Part shown: piece after piece, positions 49,711 through 64,000 of the stretch | How the letters are laid out: each line of letters starts with the position of its first letter | Position numbering within the stretch: position 1 is the first letter of the stretch | Source of the DNA: Lingula anatina | Lineage: Eukaryota > Animalia > Brachiopoda | Direction of reading: 5' to 3' | DNA: 64,000 nucleotides | Assembly (NCBI GenBank): GCA_051362555.1 | Contig: CM120646.1 | Span: 21,018,001 to 21,082,000 of the forward strand | Made by a program: the position numbers and the translations under genes | Notes under the pieces: generated by a model | Databases searched by the model: none | What the model saw: only the letters and a program-made list of their open reading frames with translations | Told to the model about the DNA's origin: nothing

Positions 49711-52700
49711 TAACAACATTTCTGTATGCAAAGTGTGAACTGGAACTGATGCAGTGCCAACTTAGGATCTATAATCTTGTGTTAAGACATCATTACTGCT
49801 CGTCAGAGTCTACAGCTCCCTCACACATTTTAACCCTCCCTCTCCTGGTCTGTCGCTCTCTTGCAAGTACTTGAATTCATTACAGACATATTTATTCAAA
49901 AAAAGAAAAAAAAACGCTCGGGGCGCGAACACTGCATATTACTCACTCGTTACTCACTCCAAGACGTGGTAAATCGCTTTTAGAGTCCGATCTTACTTCT
50001 AATCAATAATTGTATTGGAGATAAATAGACAGACGCACAGACGGCTAGGAATGTCTGGTCTCAGTAGAATAACACATCTTTAAGAAAGCTACATTAACCC
50101 CCCAACTCCCCATCATATCTGGAAATAGAAGCAATGATTTTTGTGAAATTTCTAGAACATAGTATACCATGTTTATCACGTAGAGTTATATGAATACATG
50201 GTTTCCTACTAACGATTCTCCTTTTATGATGTCTTTATATGTTTTTTCTTGTTGTTGTAGATGTTGACGGTTTGTAGTACGAAAGACACTCACAAGAAAA
50301 TAATTGCATCCTAATCGTAAATCTGTGAATCTGACACCGTTCCAGAAATTATTGACTCTGTGACCTCAGTTCAGATAGGATGGCAAAGAAAAATAGCCAA
50401 TGTCAGTTAATTCCGGGAACTTTCTCGTCAAGAAGCCAAAATGCAACGTAAAATGCAACGTCAACAGGAAAGAGAAGCCCCGCGTGCAGTACAGAGCAAC
50501 GCATTGCAAGCCGCTGCACCGCCGTATTGATTGATTTGTATGTGTGTTTGAGTTCGACTGGCAGACAACTCCATTATAGGTCAAGTGACCCGCAAAATTG
50601 AATTGTAATTTGCCAGATACTTATTGCGTTTGCTGGAAGTAGATTTTTATGAAGTATTGATGCAGATTGAGTAACTTATTCATTGGCAGTCTGTTTCTGT
50701 TCGTCTGAGATGTGTGAGGCAATGGTGTCTGGTTGTTATCCCTGGTTTCCGCTGAAAAAAATGCACGATAAAACAACTCAGTATGAATGTTGCATTTGTC
50801 ATTTATTTTAGCTATTAACCAAAATCCAGATCGACTTGCTTCCAACAGGGCGGTGTCATCATTCCTAAACATAAAACACAGTAATCTTATTGATTCATAT
50901 TCTGCTTCTCTCCTCTCTGCCCGGTAGATTTAACGTAATTCCATTAAAAGGGTACTTATGAATCATTTCGTTCAAAAAAAAAAAGCTTAATTCCTTGTTG
51001 CCGCATTTTCATAATTGTCCATTCCTTTCCCCTCGTGATTTAGTCAGTGGTCAAGTGGTATAAACAAATAGGTGCTTCCTGAAATAGGGCTCTATGAGAA
51101 GAATACCGACGCTACAGTGGCCCTTTTTGACCAATGTTGTATTTTATTATTTATTTTATTATCAAATACATATTATACAAATTTTAATAAGTTTTGGCTG
51201 GGGTCCAGTTGACTTTAAATTTTATCGGCGCATTTTGACATATATATTTTTAGCTATTCAGTACAATTCAATTTTAATTTAAAAGTATAAAACTCTTTGA
51301 TACATATATCTGACTTATTTATCCTGTTATTCATAAATTCAAACCCATGACATTTTAGTACTGAGTATTGTAAACTCAGCCGGTGGTAAAAGCAGTGAGA
51401 AACAGCGAACCATCCTCCATCCCTTCCTTTTTTGTAACTTTAACTCTGTTTAATTTTTGACCATTACCTCCCTCTGAATTTATCCAAACCCATTTGCTTT
51501 TTGATTATGAGATTGGTAAAGAGACAACTGGACGCACGTGGCTCACACACATGTATGTTATCCAACGTTCCTGGTCAAATTGCCTTGAATACAAATTGCT
51601 ATGCTGAATACCCGGAATGTGACCTATTATATGTAAGCCAATCTCTTGGCTATTCTAATAATGAAGACTTCAGTGTATTGTCGAGATTGCTACCGGTACA
51701 GTTATTGCAAACTATCGATTGGAACTCTGAAGTAAATGACAGAATTCAACAAGAACAGTTGTATGCCTGTAAATTCACAGAATGCGGGAAGGGCATGTAT
51801 CTAAGTTACTGAGAATTTCCAAATTTCAAACCTTCGTCTTAACAGTGGGCTGTTATTCACTGTTCATTATTTATAATTGTAATTGGCCATATCTATTCAC
51901 ATATGCTTCTTCACAGCTGGCATTTTCTTTTATTTCTGTTATAGCAAAATCAATATATCTCTGTAATTTCTTTTTATATTCTTCCTCTTCTTCTTATGAT
52001 TATTATCATCATTATTTGACCAATTTAAAGATTTATTGCTGTACTCTTCGTATATACAATTTTCTATTCTCTTCTGAATAAATATTTCCTTTGTCTTTAA
52101 GGTAATGTTTTTATATATTTTTTTAAATGAAGGCGAAAACATTGGCGAAATGAAGGTGTGGAATTTAGCTATGTTATGAAAAGCAATTAACACAGTGTTG
52201 TATGTATGACACATGTATTAGATCTTAACCGACTCTTGGAAAGATCAACAATGCAGGGTTCTGTGTACATTATAGTGGTCAGTTTCACTGGGATGATTAT
52301 ACTCAGATATTAGCCTACAAACACCCAGATTTGAACCAAAAATCAATACTTCACTGTTCCTTTAAATTTTCAACACGCGCTACTCTGGGTCAAACAGCAG
52401 AAAAACGTGATTTTATTTTGTTAAAATGCTCCACACGGCTTTAAAGAAGCGTCTGTCAGTTGTTATCTCGGGGGTTGGGGGGGGGGGGTAGGGGGTAGAC
52501 AGAGAGACCTGTTAACTGGGGAGAAAATTATTGCATATTTCCTATGTTTAAATGATAGAATTCTTAATCTGTTCAGATAACTGCTACATAACGTGCCATA
52601 AGCACAAAAACAGCTCGCAAATTGCTTTTTGTAATGTGTCGAAGCCGAACGAAAAATTTCCCCGAATCAATGCAGGGTTTATTTAACACGCATCTTATTG

Positions 52701-53109
52701 GTTTTAATGTGCGAAGTAAAGAGAAATCAGTTGCCTCTTTATCAGTTGAATATACACATCCATTAATGCAGGCTGTAGAGCCGCATTTGGCAACCAAATA
52801 AAAACGTGAATTTGCAACCATTTTTTCATTTGTCACTGAAACAGTATTATTTTAGAGATAGATGTGGGATCGGGATGTGGAACCGGTTTCAAAATGCGGT
52901 TCTACAGGGCGCTTGTGTTTTCTCCTTCTTGACGAAGACGCTGACCGTGTTCAGCAAGGTTTGATATTTATTGCGGTAGAGAAGATTACTGTCGATAAAC
53001 ACCGTCTGTGAAATGAAAATGACCTGAAGTCCTTCAGCTTGGTTTTAAGTTTAGGGCTTAGTTACACCCTCTTTTCTCAATAAGCGTCCGCGCTCAATCA
53101 AACACAAAC

Positions 53110-53132
53110 TCACACACACACACACGCACGCA

Positions 53133-53164
<32 letters not shown>

Positions 53165-53174
53165 CACACACACA
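53110..53174. repeat. compound (CA)n/(CACG)n microsatellite
   Basis: Seen directly. Confidence 0.9.
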
Positions 53175-54546
53175 GCCCCTAAAAGCAATGGAACTTGCAG
53201 TTAAACGAGGTGTGTACGGACTACGCATTGCGGCAGACGTGTTGTTGCGATTGCGGTAGTTGAGATGGCCCGCGAGTTTAATCGCATCTGTAGAAACGCA
53301 ATGTCCAGCACACTTATCGAGATCGCAATTAGCAACATATTAGTACAGCTGCTTTCGTCGCAAAAAATAATATCCACCTGTTTTTCTCTCTAAAATTTGA
53401 CGTTTTAACTAAAATCACCTTTAACCCGGTCACATTAAATTATCTTTTGTTTATGTAAGTTTTTTTTGCATGACCTAGGCTCCGTGGCAAGTCAACGTCC
53501 GCCCTTACCCTGGGTGAGGTTACCATGCTCACAATGAACGCAGTGTCTTGCCACGTCTGTCACGCCCCAACGTATTATAAGAAGGCCAACAAAACGCTCT
53601 GTTTAGTTTTTTACTACTTAAGCGTCTGGTCTTACCATTACAATATTACGCACGACAGAAGAGGAAATAGAGAGACGGGAACAAGTCTCTGTGGAATTTG
53701 TGTATGCACGTGCGCACGTGAATGCGTGTGTGCAGGTGTTGAGAACTGGATTCCTACAGGTCTGAAAAAAATAGTAGAAAAATAGAGGAGGGTTATGTCC
53801 TCTGTCACCCAGTCACCGCCACTATATTCCTATACTTTTCAAATTCTATTTTCCTTATTAGATCCAGATGTAACTTTTGTTAAAATAGTATCATTTGAAC
53901 AGGTAAAATTGTCTCGTCCTAGATTTTGACGCAGTTACGTCACGCTAATCCTAACCTGTATGTATCCCCTGTTACACGAGATTGCAGGTTCTTTGCAATG
54001 GTATCTGCGAACACAGACTGTAAGGCTTCTATTTCTTAGATAAGGAGGACTCACCAGTTTTACATTAGCACTGGACGTAATAGTTCAAAATAAATTCGAA
54101 TAATAGTTCATGCGTTTTAAATTATCGCAGGCAGGAGACTCGACATGTAAGGAGCATAAGTTTGTCAGTGCAAAACTGTCCTTGCTGACAACTAATATTG
54201 TTTTCTTCCAATTTCGTTGTTTATGTCCCAGTATTACTGTAAGGACCTTCTGGAAATGTATTTGGCAGCGCGCAGACGATCAGTTTCGGCACCGGAGGCT
54301 ATCGTCTGCAGGTGCAATCCCTGTGACATGTGATTTACTTATCGGTCTCAACGCTTAAACGACTCTGTCTGCTCCACAGTGAACCCTCTCACGGATTTCC
54401 GTATTTATTTTAAGATATTTTTTGTAGAAAAGAAAGGTTTTTCATGTTTGTAGTCTGCGACTGGGCGACGCGAGAAGAGGATGGCCCATAATAGCGTTTC
54501 CTGCACCCACCCTCCCTCTCTCCCTCTCTCTCTCTTTCTCTCCCTC

Positions 54547-54592
<46 letters not shown>

Positions 54593-56857
54593 ACAAGGTC
54601 AATTCAAGACAGTGGCAGTTTTGTTCCGCACTGTATCGGCTGTTATGTATCTTGAATTTGTTTTATTGAGGAAAACATATCTTACATCTTTTTAGGACCG
54701 GACCCTCTCACTTTCATCTTAGCACGTGATCAGATGATTTGAGGTTAAAGTTTTTGCGCTTAACTTCTTAAGGACACAGTTAAGGTTCGCTGGGTTTATT
54801 AGGGGAAGGAGACGGATCCTTAAGTATCAGAGAAAAGGCGGGAAATGGTCTGGTAGTTCGGATATCTTTGTGGATATACACCTTAAGCTACAGGGGCATA
54901 TTGTCAGGGGGTTGGTCGGGTTACTACGGTCGGGTAACTCATTCCTCGACTATTCCGCATCTGTATGCCTTTTTTCTTTCTTTTTTTCACTTCTTGTTAG
55001 CCTGGGTTTAACGTATAGCTTAAATAACAATAATTTGGGTGTTTCTCTGGTTTATGATCATGGTGGTTAAAAGTGTGACCTGTAGGCATGCCGGATTTCT
55101 TGCATACAAAATCTCCCCCTGGCCTTCTGTCTATCTACCCTTTGAAAAAGCTAACCCAGGGGCGTCCGTCTTGTTCCCTTTTCAAAAACGAAAAGATCGA
55201 TTTGTACTTTCAACACTTCAAACTGGCGAAACTTTTTTCTTTTGTCCACACACCCTTTCGTGTGAACCAGGAGCAGCCGGTGAAATCACTATGGGCTTCT
55301 CCCTTTACAGGTGCACCGGTATTGTAAATCATGCAATTAGCTATTAATTTGCAACACATTGCATTTGCTTCGGTGTTGACAGCAAAGCTCTTACACTCCC
55401 TATCCTTTCCAGGCATAAATGTGTTCCTAGATATAATGGCGATGATTGCCTTTGGTCTTTCGTGCTTTTTTCTTTCTGTTAAACCGCCTGTAAAGTCGGC
55501 AGTGCGCTGGCCTTCGGCCTTGATCAAAGCGCCCCTGATGAAATTGGACAGCGTTCTTGAAGTTCGCACCACGCGCAAGGCAGACGATCGGGACTACTTT
55601 AATGGTTTTCTTTGAAAAGCTCTTAACAGCCAATGACTTTTACACATTGCATTCTCTTACGTGTCGTCCGTCTTTTTTTTTATTATCAAATAATGCCAGC
55701 TTTCACATCAATGAAGGTTTGGTAAAGTTTCGTCAAAGACTGTGCGTGGGAATGTGTCCGAAGATGTCAAAAACAATCTGTATTTGTATATATTTCCTGA
55801 CAGCAAATGACCATTAAGGACACGTTAGATAGCATGGTATATCAGCCACCAAAATATCTGACAAAAAAAAATAGATAAATTATACAAAAATGCATCATGA
55901 CGTTATCTACAGACCATAACGTGTTGAATTAAACTGAAATAAATAAAGCAAAGAACCAAATGGATATTCCATGTTTTCTACTCAACACTTTGACCTTGAC
56001 CCCACCTCCCCGCGTGCTGTTCACCGTGACATGGTTCCCGGGTCCCGTATGTTTAGGCCATTCACCTATCCTTATTCACCTCAAACTGTTCCATGCCAGC
56101 CTTTTCGTCAGCTAGGTTTACGGCGGCAACTTTGATCTTTTTTCAGACAAAAACAAATGACGTATCAGATTTCTGTCTCAACGCTGGGATACTAGGAATT
56201 AAGTCTATCTAAGGCCGCTTTGGGCAATTGATATCATATCTACATGTACATGTATGTAATTTGGTCATCGTGTTTTGGGAAGAAAACTCTTTTTAAAATG
56301 CCCTTTTAAGTTAATTTATCGGCGACTTAGACCTTATCTTCATTGCGGTCATTGCCTTTTTAATTGTGACATACACTATAGGCGGATCCTGGATTTCGGC
56401 CACGGATTTTGATCTCCGTCTTTTAAAGAACAAGGAAACGAATGTCGCCGTTTCGCGCGTTCACTGTTTTTTCTTAAAACACTCGGAGACATATCCACGA
56501 CAAACACCGCCAAGGGCAAGCACTGAATGTGCGTCCTTCTCTGAACAATAGGGACATAAGTTACTCATTTTATTCATGTCACTTTACAAAATAGTGCTGC
56601 ACCACCCCCTTTGAAGGAGCAACCAAGTCACGTGACCTACCTGCCATACCCCATAGGTACGTCACCTATAATCCGCTGCGTTCTCAACCCAACAGTGCCG
56701 CATGTTAATATTATGTACACTTTTCTCATCAGAGATTTTTGTCATGAATTAGCCAGAGACATATCTGTGAATGTCTAGTAAAGAATCCATATGTGACCCT
56801 GGAAGAAGGTACCCACCGATTAAGGCTTTCCAACCCCTTTCACCCCCACCCCTACTC

Positions 56858-57131
56858 CAGTGGCGGATTTAGCGGGGTGTAAGGATGGGGGGGGGGGGGG
56901 GGTCCTGACCCCCCTTCTATTTCTGAAAAAAATCACACCAATGGTCTCCTCTTGAAATTAGAATTTTGACTAGTTGAATCATAATTCTACCGTACCACAT
57001 GGCACTTTCGCGCTCTTAAAAAAATGTTTTTCGGGGCCCTTCAGCTGACTCCAAACCCCACGCCAAATGGGGGGGGGGGGTCGGTTTCGCATCCCCGGAT
57101 CCCCCTTCCAATAATCCTGGATCCGTCCCTG
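56858..57131. mobile_element. MITE with CAG(T/G)G(G/A)CGGAT TIRs and 5-bp TSD (hAT5-like)
   Basis: cagtggcggat ... atccgtccctg; tactc on both sides (56853-56857, 57132-57136). Confidence 0.7.
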
Positions 57132-58749
57132 TACTCTCAACCGTCTCCTCTCCCACTCATTTCACCTGGTTTTCACCCAAAACCAATATAGAACTGCCAA
57201 CGAGGTCATAGGCATGCTCTTAAAATATTTACCAGTAGTGCACAGATTACAAGCTATGTTTGATTATTTTAGGGTCCCACATGAAGAAGTTTGTATCAAA
57301 GTTTCACTCTTCTGGAACCATGAATAATAAAAAATAATTCATCGTCCAACCCCAAAAAGGAACATACAGGGTACGTTACTGTTACAAATGCAAAACGTCC
57401 AGCTGTGAAAATGTTTTATTCACTTTGAAAATTCAATCATCATTGGTTTTGGTTCTCTCATTTATCTCCTACAAGTATAACGATGTAAAAAAATCATGAT
57501 GATCTTCTGTAAAAAGCAGTTAATTTTTTGAGCGACTTTAGTTTGCTTGTCACTGAATATTATAAAAGGGGGAAAATACACCCTACTGATAGTAGAATAA
57601 GCATTAAATAAACTATTTTCCATTCGTGCTCCAAATATAATATCAGAAATATCGAACTATTATGGAATCACAATATATTTTTCAGTCAGCAACTGAAAAC
57701 CCTGTTTCCTATTGCACCAAGTATTTTGGCAAGATGAAACTTTTTGACAATTTGTCTGGGAGACATACGTTACGTGTATTAGCCATGACGCAAACCCCTT
57801 TGCGTTACAGTTTAAATATTTATAAAAACATCCTTACGTCACATATAATTTACCATGACTAAATAAATACAAAATATATCGGAAAGCAATATAAAAATAT
57901 ATGGCCTTGAACATAAATTACCGGAACATACGTTACCATTTAGGCCACTTACATAATGTATAGACCTGGTAAAATGTAGATGTAAAATTGAAACAGCCGT
58001 GAATTTTTTGTTCTAGACACATATTTTCTTAAAAAGTTGAATACAACTTCAATCTCATTCAATTTTATTTTTTGATTTACTAGCATGTGATGTGCACCTC
58101 TGTATTGAGTTTGGGTGTTTTACGGGCGTCAAGTTTCAGTGTCGTTTTCCATTAGCCGTCCGTTACGTAATAAACAGATATAAATCTTATCAGAACGAAC
58201 ATCGGTCTAACCTCAACCCAATAAACCCCAGACACAACATTTTGCGCCGTTCACTGTTTTTTCTTCGTTACCGCCGCCTGTGCCATCTGTCATTCTTTAA
58301 CTGCTATCTCGGTGCGTGCAATTTTTCAATCATGAACGCGGGGTTATTGTAATTCGATTTAAGCATCATTGTCTCCGTATTAAATACATTTTGCATTTAA
58401 TTGGGAGCTAAGCCACACACTGTATCAGTAAAATGCTAGCAATGTCTTAGGAATTCACTTTTATTAATGAATTCTGTCCTCTTCACGAACTGACTCAGCT
58501 TACATGGGCAATTTCCTGTAGAATAACAATTTATAATTTCTTAGCGAGAAACACGATTTCGATTTGACATTGGAAATAAGGGTTTGAAAAAAAAAAAAAA
58601 AAAGAAAAAGAAAATGGTCACTATTAACGAGCAGATTTAATTCTATTTTTTAACTTTTTTGAATGACGACAAAAACTCCTATTTCTCTAAATATAGCAGT
58701 AAAAATCTCATTCTTTAACTGTCCATTTAGTATGATACATACACGTTTC

Positions 58750-58751
<2 letters not shown>

Positions 58752-58794
<43 letters not shown>
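58752..58794 (+). repeat. poly(A) tract
   Basis: ~43 consecutive A. Confidence 0.9.
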
Positions 58795-58799
<5 letters not shown>

Positions 58800-61700
58800 G
58801 CGTTCTGCCCTAAATTTCATGGTAATCAACGTAACAACCGTATTACTGGTTGATATCTGGCTTTAAACAGTGTTTATCTACAGCGTTGAATCACTTGTCC
58901 TTTATTTTGAGACAAACCCCACTGCGAATTGATCTGTCTACGTTACTTGTTACCGTGCTAAGAATAACGTTTCCTTCATTTGCGTCCAATTTTAAGTTTC
59001 TGGAAGGTAGTTTCCGATAGAAGAGGCGATAGGCGATATGTTGTTAAAATAGCATTTTTGCCGTCGCCACGGTGATAGAATTACTCCTAAGCAACTACTG
59101 GTATTGCTTTGACCAAGTGGCGGAGGTAATAGGGTCAGAGACGTTAATTCGTCTGTCTGTTTGTCCACCCGGCTGGCTTTCTGTTACTACCGGAAGCGGG
59201 ATAACTGTATACATTTTGGATCTTTGAACTAATCTGAGACAAAAACCGCTTATTTTTTATTTTGGAATCTGGATGCTCATGGGGGATAGAGTGCCCAGTT
59301 GGTCCTGTTGGTCAATGGCCTGGGTGACCTGTCCATTAGCTAAGTTATCCGGGGGTCATCTGTTCATATCTTAATACATGTAATTGCCACTTGGTATTAT
59401 GCACTTTTTTCTTTGTACTTATGCTGCGTTTTTGTTTTTTTTTTTCAGAGTACCATTTTCATTCTTAAATGCAAGGACGCTGCCACCAGTGGCTGCACTG
59501 GTACATGTATGTCGCCAAAGATTCATTTCACTTTAGGGGGGAAATATTCTAGACGCTAAACACTTTAGCACGAGGATGCTGACACTTAGTGTAAAACGAA
59601 GGTTACCTCTGTAGTTCATTTTTTTCTCCTTTAACTTCAAATTGGGTCTTTCCTTGCTGTCACCGTGATAGCAGCGTCGAAATAAGTTGACCCCTCTGTT
59701 TTTTTTTACCCAAGAATGTCAACCTACCTTTCTTAGATGGATATTACTTTAAGCGAATAAACAACCCAAACGTTTTCAATTTGAAAATGGATAATTTAGC
59801 GTCTGTTAAGAAAACTCCTGCTGACTTAATAGATTAGTTCAACGCCGTTTACTCTAAAGTCAAGGCTATTTATTAAGGGCTTTCAGAAATGGTGCCCTCC
59901 TTCAGTGCTTTGTTGCCCCTTGTAAATGTTATCAAGGGCTTTGCCAAAATTGCCTGTCAGCAACTATAGTAGCACGAGTATAAAAACCACTAGGGTCAAG
60001 TTGACCTGCGATACTTTGTCCTTAAGTCGACACATCCAGACTTCAGACGTGTTAGGTACTCTGTGGCGGGGCAAAGCATCGTCGACAGAGACTCAACGCT
60101 GCGGTCGATTAACGTCTTCAGCCTTGTCGTTTTCGGGAAAAGTATGACCTGTCAGGCAAAAACTTGTGTTTCCATCTCTTGCAAATGCTATTTCCGCATT
60201 TTTCCTAGATGAAATTAAAGACAAGTCCCCATGAGACGCAAGCACACATGTATTTCGAACCGAGTGGAATAGTTGAGGGTGTCTCATTGTAAAAAAACAG
60301 GGAAAAGGTACGACCAACAAATCATGATTTGGAAGTAAGCGTCCACATTTTGTGTCCTCGAAATAAGATGAATACATTTTTGTATTCTGATATTTCTGGT
60401 TCAATAAATCTTAGTCGGATAATCGCAGATAAAAATGAGATTTGAAACCAATCAGCATGAAGTTTTTCAAAAACAAATGTTGCTTTTAATATTTTGCTAG
60501 ACTGTTACGAAAGTTCCCCTTACATAACTGTCAAAGTAGACTTAAAGCAATTATTACTCTGCACTTAATGTCGCTTTCCTATAATCTGGCAATTACTTAA
60601 TGTGGAGGGAACCCAAAGCGGAAGGGCGTAGTAAATCTACCAAGTATGTACATAAGTTAACCTTACATCATAAATCAACCAAGTTTAGAATGATTTGTTA
60701 GGTAATAAACCATTTGTTACTTCGTATAATGCCTGAACGTAAATATCTATATGCAGGGAATAATTTTACAGATAACACTTTCCTCAAAATACACTGCAGC
60801 TTATTCAGGTGGTTTTTATAAATGAAGGTTTTTTATTTTGTCAATTGTTTCCTTCGTTTCTACAGTAGCCATATTGCAGTGTCATCAAACTTCCTTCCTA
60901 TGTAAGCGAGGTGAAACTTTTTTGCCTAAAGATCACTTTATTTTTTAATTTTTTTCGATATTGTTCATGATATAATTTATCACACTGATCATGTGCGTTT
61001 TGTGAACTGTAAAACGGGTAACCACTTTTTAGCTTCTTGCCATCAGGCAGCAGTTGCAACTAGTTAACGTAGAAGTAATGGGTTGGATACAAGATCAGGA
61101 CGTCAGCATCTAACCTCTAACCCCTCGAATATAATGGAATGGAAAACACAAGATGGTTTTCAAAATAGCACCGTTTGTGTCTTGGTATGGTATGTAAACG
61201 AAGACAGAAACAGTCAATTCCCTGGGCATATTGTCCGAATGACTTGAGAAAAATCTTACTTTTCACTCAGATCGTACTTATCTAAAGCGGCATTTTGGCA
61301 CAACAATAAATGTCAGTCTGCAAAACTGTTTTGTTCAAAGCTTAGGCAATGCTTTTTCTTTTCTGCCTGCGACCATGATATTGTCAGACGCATTGCGTCT
61401 CCATTACCTCAGCCAAACTCGAACAAGCCAATTATCTGATGGAACATTTGCAGCTGTCATTCAAAAGTCTGCTTGCTACATACATGTAGCATTCGAGTTA
61501 CTTATAGATCAGTCCATATCTCAATAAGAATTGATGAGTAAATTTTAATTCGAGTTATTTTTTTTTATTAAAGGAAAATGCCTATGTGTGACAGCGAACA
61601 GACCATTTCCTTCCAACTAAAGTCATGTGGTCGATTCAAGCGAGGTAGGCATGTTCACGTGAGCTTTAAAAAAGAGCTGATGGAAAATGAAATAGAAAAC

Positions 61701-63546
61701 TTATTCTCCCACACATAACCCTACATGTGCAGTGAGCGTGAATCTCACATAAAACGAAGCCCGATCAAAGAAAATACTTTTTATCAACAGGTGTATATAC
61801 ATGGGCGGTACATGTGTAATGGTGCTCTGTTGGTTTAATGTTATGTGCCATTATGGCGTTTTCGTATAATTAAACATTTCTCATTAGCGCGATCCTTTAT
61901 TCGTTATTCACAAAGAGGAAATTAGATTAAAGTAAAGGAAGAAAAATAAGTGTATAATTTACTAACGACAGATGGAGCAAGTGCTCTGTGCATTTGCCGT
62001 AAATAAGTATGAGCGTTTTCCACTTTTCCCTTTTTTTCTTTTCTTTTATAAAAAGTACGCAATTGTTTTATGTTGCTTTTTTTGTCTTTTTGAATCTTTG
62101 TTTTACAAATATATTGTCAGCTTTTACGGCATATGGTACTCAAGTGGTCTGAACTGTACCAATTAAATAAATCCACAATCATTGTTTGCGAGAAAGGGGC
62201 CGCCGGGGTTCCTAGGTTAAACTGGAATGTTCGGGAGTTAAAAACGGGCGGAGAAGACTCCAAAATGAAACGTCATATATATCTCAAAATACACACATTG
62301 GGTTCTTTGAAGAAACAAGACGAACATCTGGACTTTTCGAACAGGAATAGTTGTAACTGAAGCCACGTGACGCGACACTGCGACAGACGGTTTCTCGAAA
62401 TTCGGTGGCTCACAATTCCTAATTGCCGCCTATTACCTGTTTCGGCTGTTAGTATAAAATCAAATTTCCGGAAGCAAGTGAATTAACCCCCTTCTAAAGG
62501 TCGCTTGGCGGTCTCTCTGAAGTTTACTACGTCTTCCGTTGCTGATTATTTGTTTCGAATAAAACACACTCTTTGTAAAAACCGTGCTCGGGGGCCAGAA
62601 GGCTGAGTTTAAATAGACCTTTGACTTGTTACGTTAGAACACGAGGCATAGAATGTTCCGCGGGCTTGTGTAACTGAACAAAAAAAAAAAAAAAATACTT
62701 GCAAGGGGTGGAGAAAATACCAACGATTTTTTTCACTTCCTGATGCCGAGGTTGTTCTTAACGAAGATGACTTTATTGTATATCTTGACAGCTGGTGCGA
62801 ATTGAGAGGTGATTTAGTGATTTAAGAAGACGTAAAAATGAGTTTTTATCTTGAATATAATGCCCATGTAGGCCTATGCATGTGCAAGTTGGTAAACTCT
62901 TCAGACAATGAGCATGCTGAACGTGTTCAATTAATGCTTAAATAGCCTGATACATACGCGACATTTCGAAATAACACTCGTCTTGACAAATCGACAGTCA
63001 TTAGTAATACTTATCTTCCTAATTTTTTCTCCTTATATAACAAATTTGGTTGAATTGACCCTCAAGACAGAAACGCATTAACTTTTACTGTATGGAGATA
63101 TATCATGGACTTTACAATCATAATACTAAAAAGAAATAAAATGAAATAGAATAAAATAAAATAAAATAAAATGAAAATCTCAAAGAATTTACTGTGGCGC
63201 ATTTTATGAAAAGAGAGAATTTACAGTGACCGATATCTTAACCCCCCACCCCCACCCCAATATGTTTCTAAAGAGGGGAAAGCAGTACAACTGGCCACCG
63301 TTTCTGCAGTATTGAAATAAAGACCCCAGAGGCTCGGGACTCGAACCAATGGCCTTTCCTACTCTTCTTGTATCTTTTTCTGAACTGTATATCCGCCACA
63401 GTCTTCTTCGCTGGCCACAAAAGTAAATATAAGCTATCATTCAATATTGCCGTACAAATAGGGCCTACTTTTGTGAAATGTTTGTTGAGAAATATTAAAA
63501 TTGATCTAAGAAAGCGCGGAGTCGCCCCATTGTGCACAATACTCTC

Positions 63547-63785
63547 AGTCTAGGTCCCAACTACGTTCTGGACGCACGGTTTTTAGGTTCCTTGCCTCCG
63601 GCTAGGACGTAGCTAGATCGCACGTAGCGGCTGTTGATCATGTCGAAAAGTTTCTACTTGCTGTATGCGTCCTCCCAAAAGTCGCACGATGGACGTGCTC
63701 CTCACGCACGAACTCCCACGTTTGCCCCATTTTTTTGGCCGTAGACCACACGTAGCAGCCCGTACGTTCGGTTGGGACCTAGGCT
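63547..63785. mobile_element. MITE with ag(t/c)ctaggtcccaac TIRs
   Basis: agtctaggtcccaac (63547-63561) / gttgggacctaggct (63771-63785); interior rich in acgt. Confidence 0.6.
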
Positions 63786-64000
63786 TTAGCGTTGAGATCT
63801 TTTGAAACCGAGAAAGACAGGGGAGAACTTTGAGGTCATCTCTGTGGTCAAACAATTAGCTATCCTCTGTATTCTTATCACATTATTACGGACATATTTG
63901 ACATTTTTCTTCTAGAAAAATAACCGCGTGAGTGGATGAAGAAATGGCGGCGCCTTTTCACGCCACAAGAAACATTTGTTTTAAAATAGTAATTCTTTAA

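Noticed and set aside
50621-54330. Possible minus-strand gene using a donor at ~54049-54054 and an acceptor at ~50752
   Set aside because: All frames just upstream of the donor contain stops and the downstream ORF has no recognisable similarity; at most a non-coding transcript, which cannot be supported here.
63325-63360. tRNA gene (minus-strand box B GGTTCGAGTCCCG)
   Set aside because: No cloverleaf or box A can be built; at best a SINE head remnant.

Overview
Eukaryotic (metazoan, AT-rich, probably marine invertebrate) genomic DNA with spliced genes; almost all ORFs in the supplied track are spurious or partial exons. Content: (1) the last three coding exons of DNAJC9 (+; 7817-7933, 8454-8665, 9377-9568), preceded by a long repeat-filled intron holding a 3.9-kb composite Helentron-type non-autonomous element with a nested MITE and a 146-bp satellite. 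(2) A cluster of three paralogous 3-exon genes: A (+, 14349-24477), B (+, 28840-33420) and C (-, 44319-38341). Each encodes a signal peptide, a 10-Cys Ly6/uPAR (three-finger, quiver/sleepless-like) domain expanded to ~150 aa and rich in Met, a Ser/Thr/Ala stalk and a hydrophobic GPI-type tail. A and C are near-identical in the domain exons, but A and B share the closer signal-peptide exon. (3) Two different Academ-type DNA transposon relics inside gene C: an XPG-type relic in intron 2, and a TIR element with 9-bp TSD carrying a RecQ-like helicase fragment in intron 1. (4) Many MITEs, mini- and microsatellites, and a perfect 40-bp hairpin. No coding exon was recognised in ~44.4-64 kb. All calls were made by eye, with no database searches.
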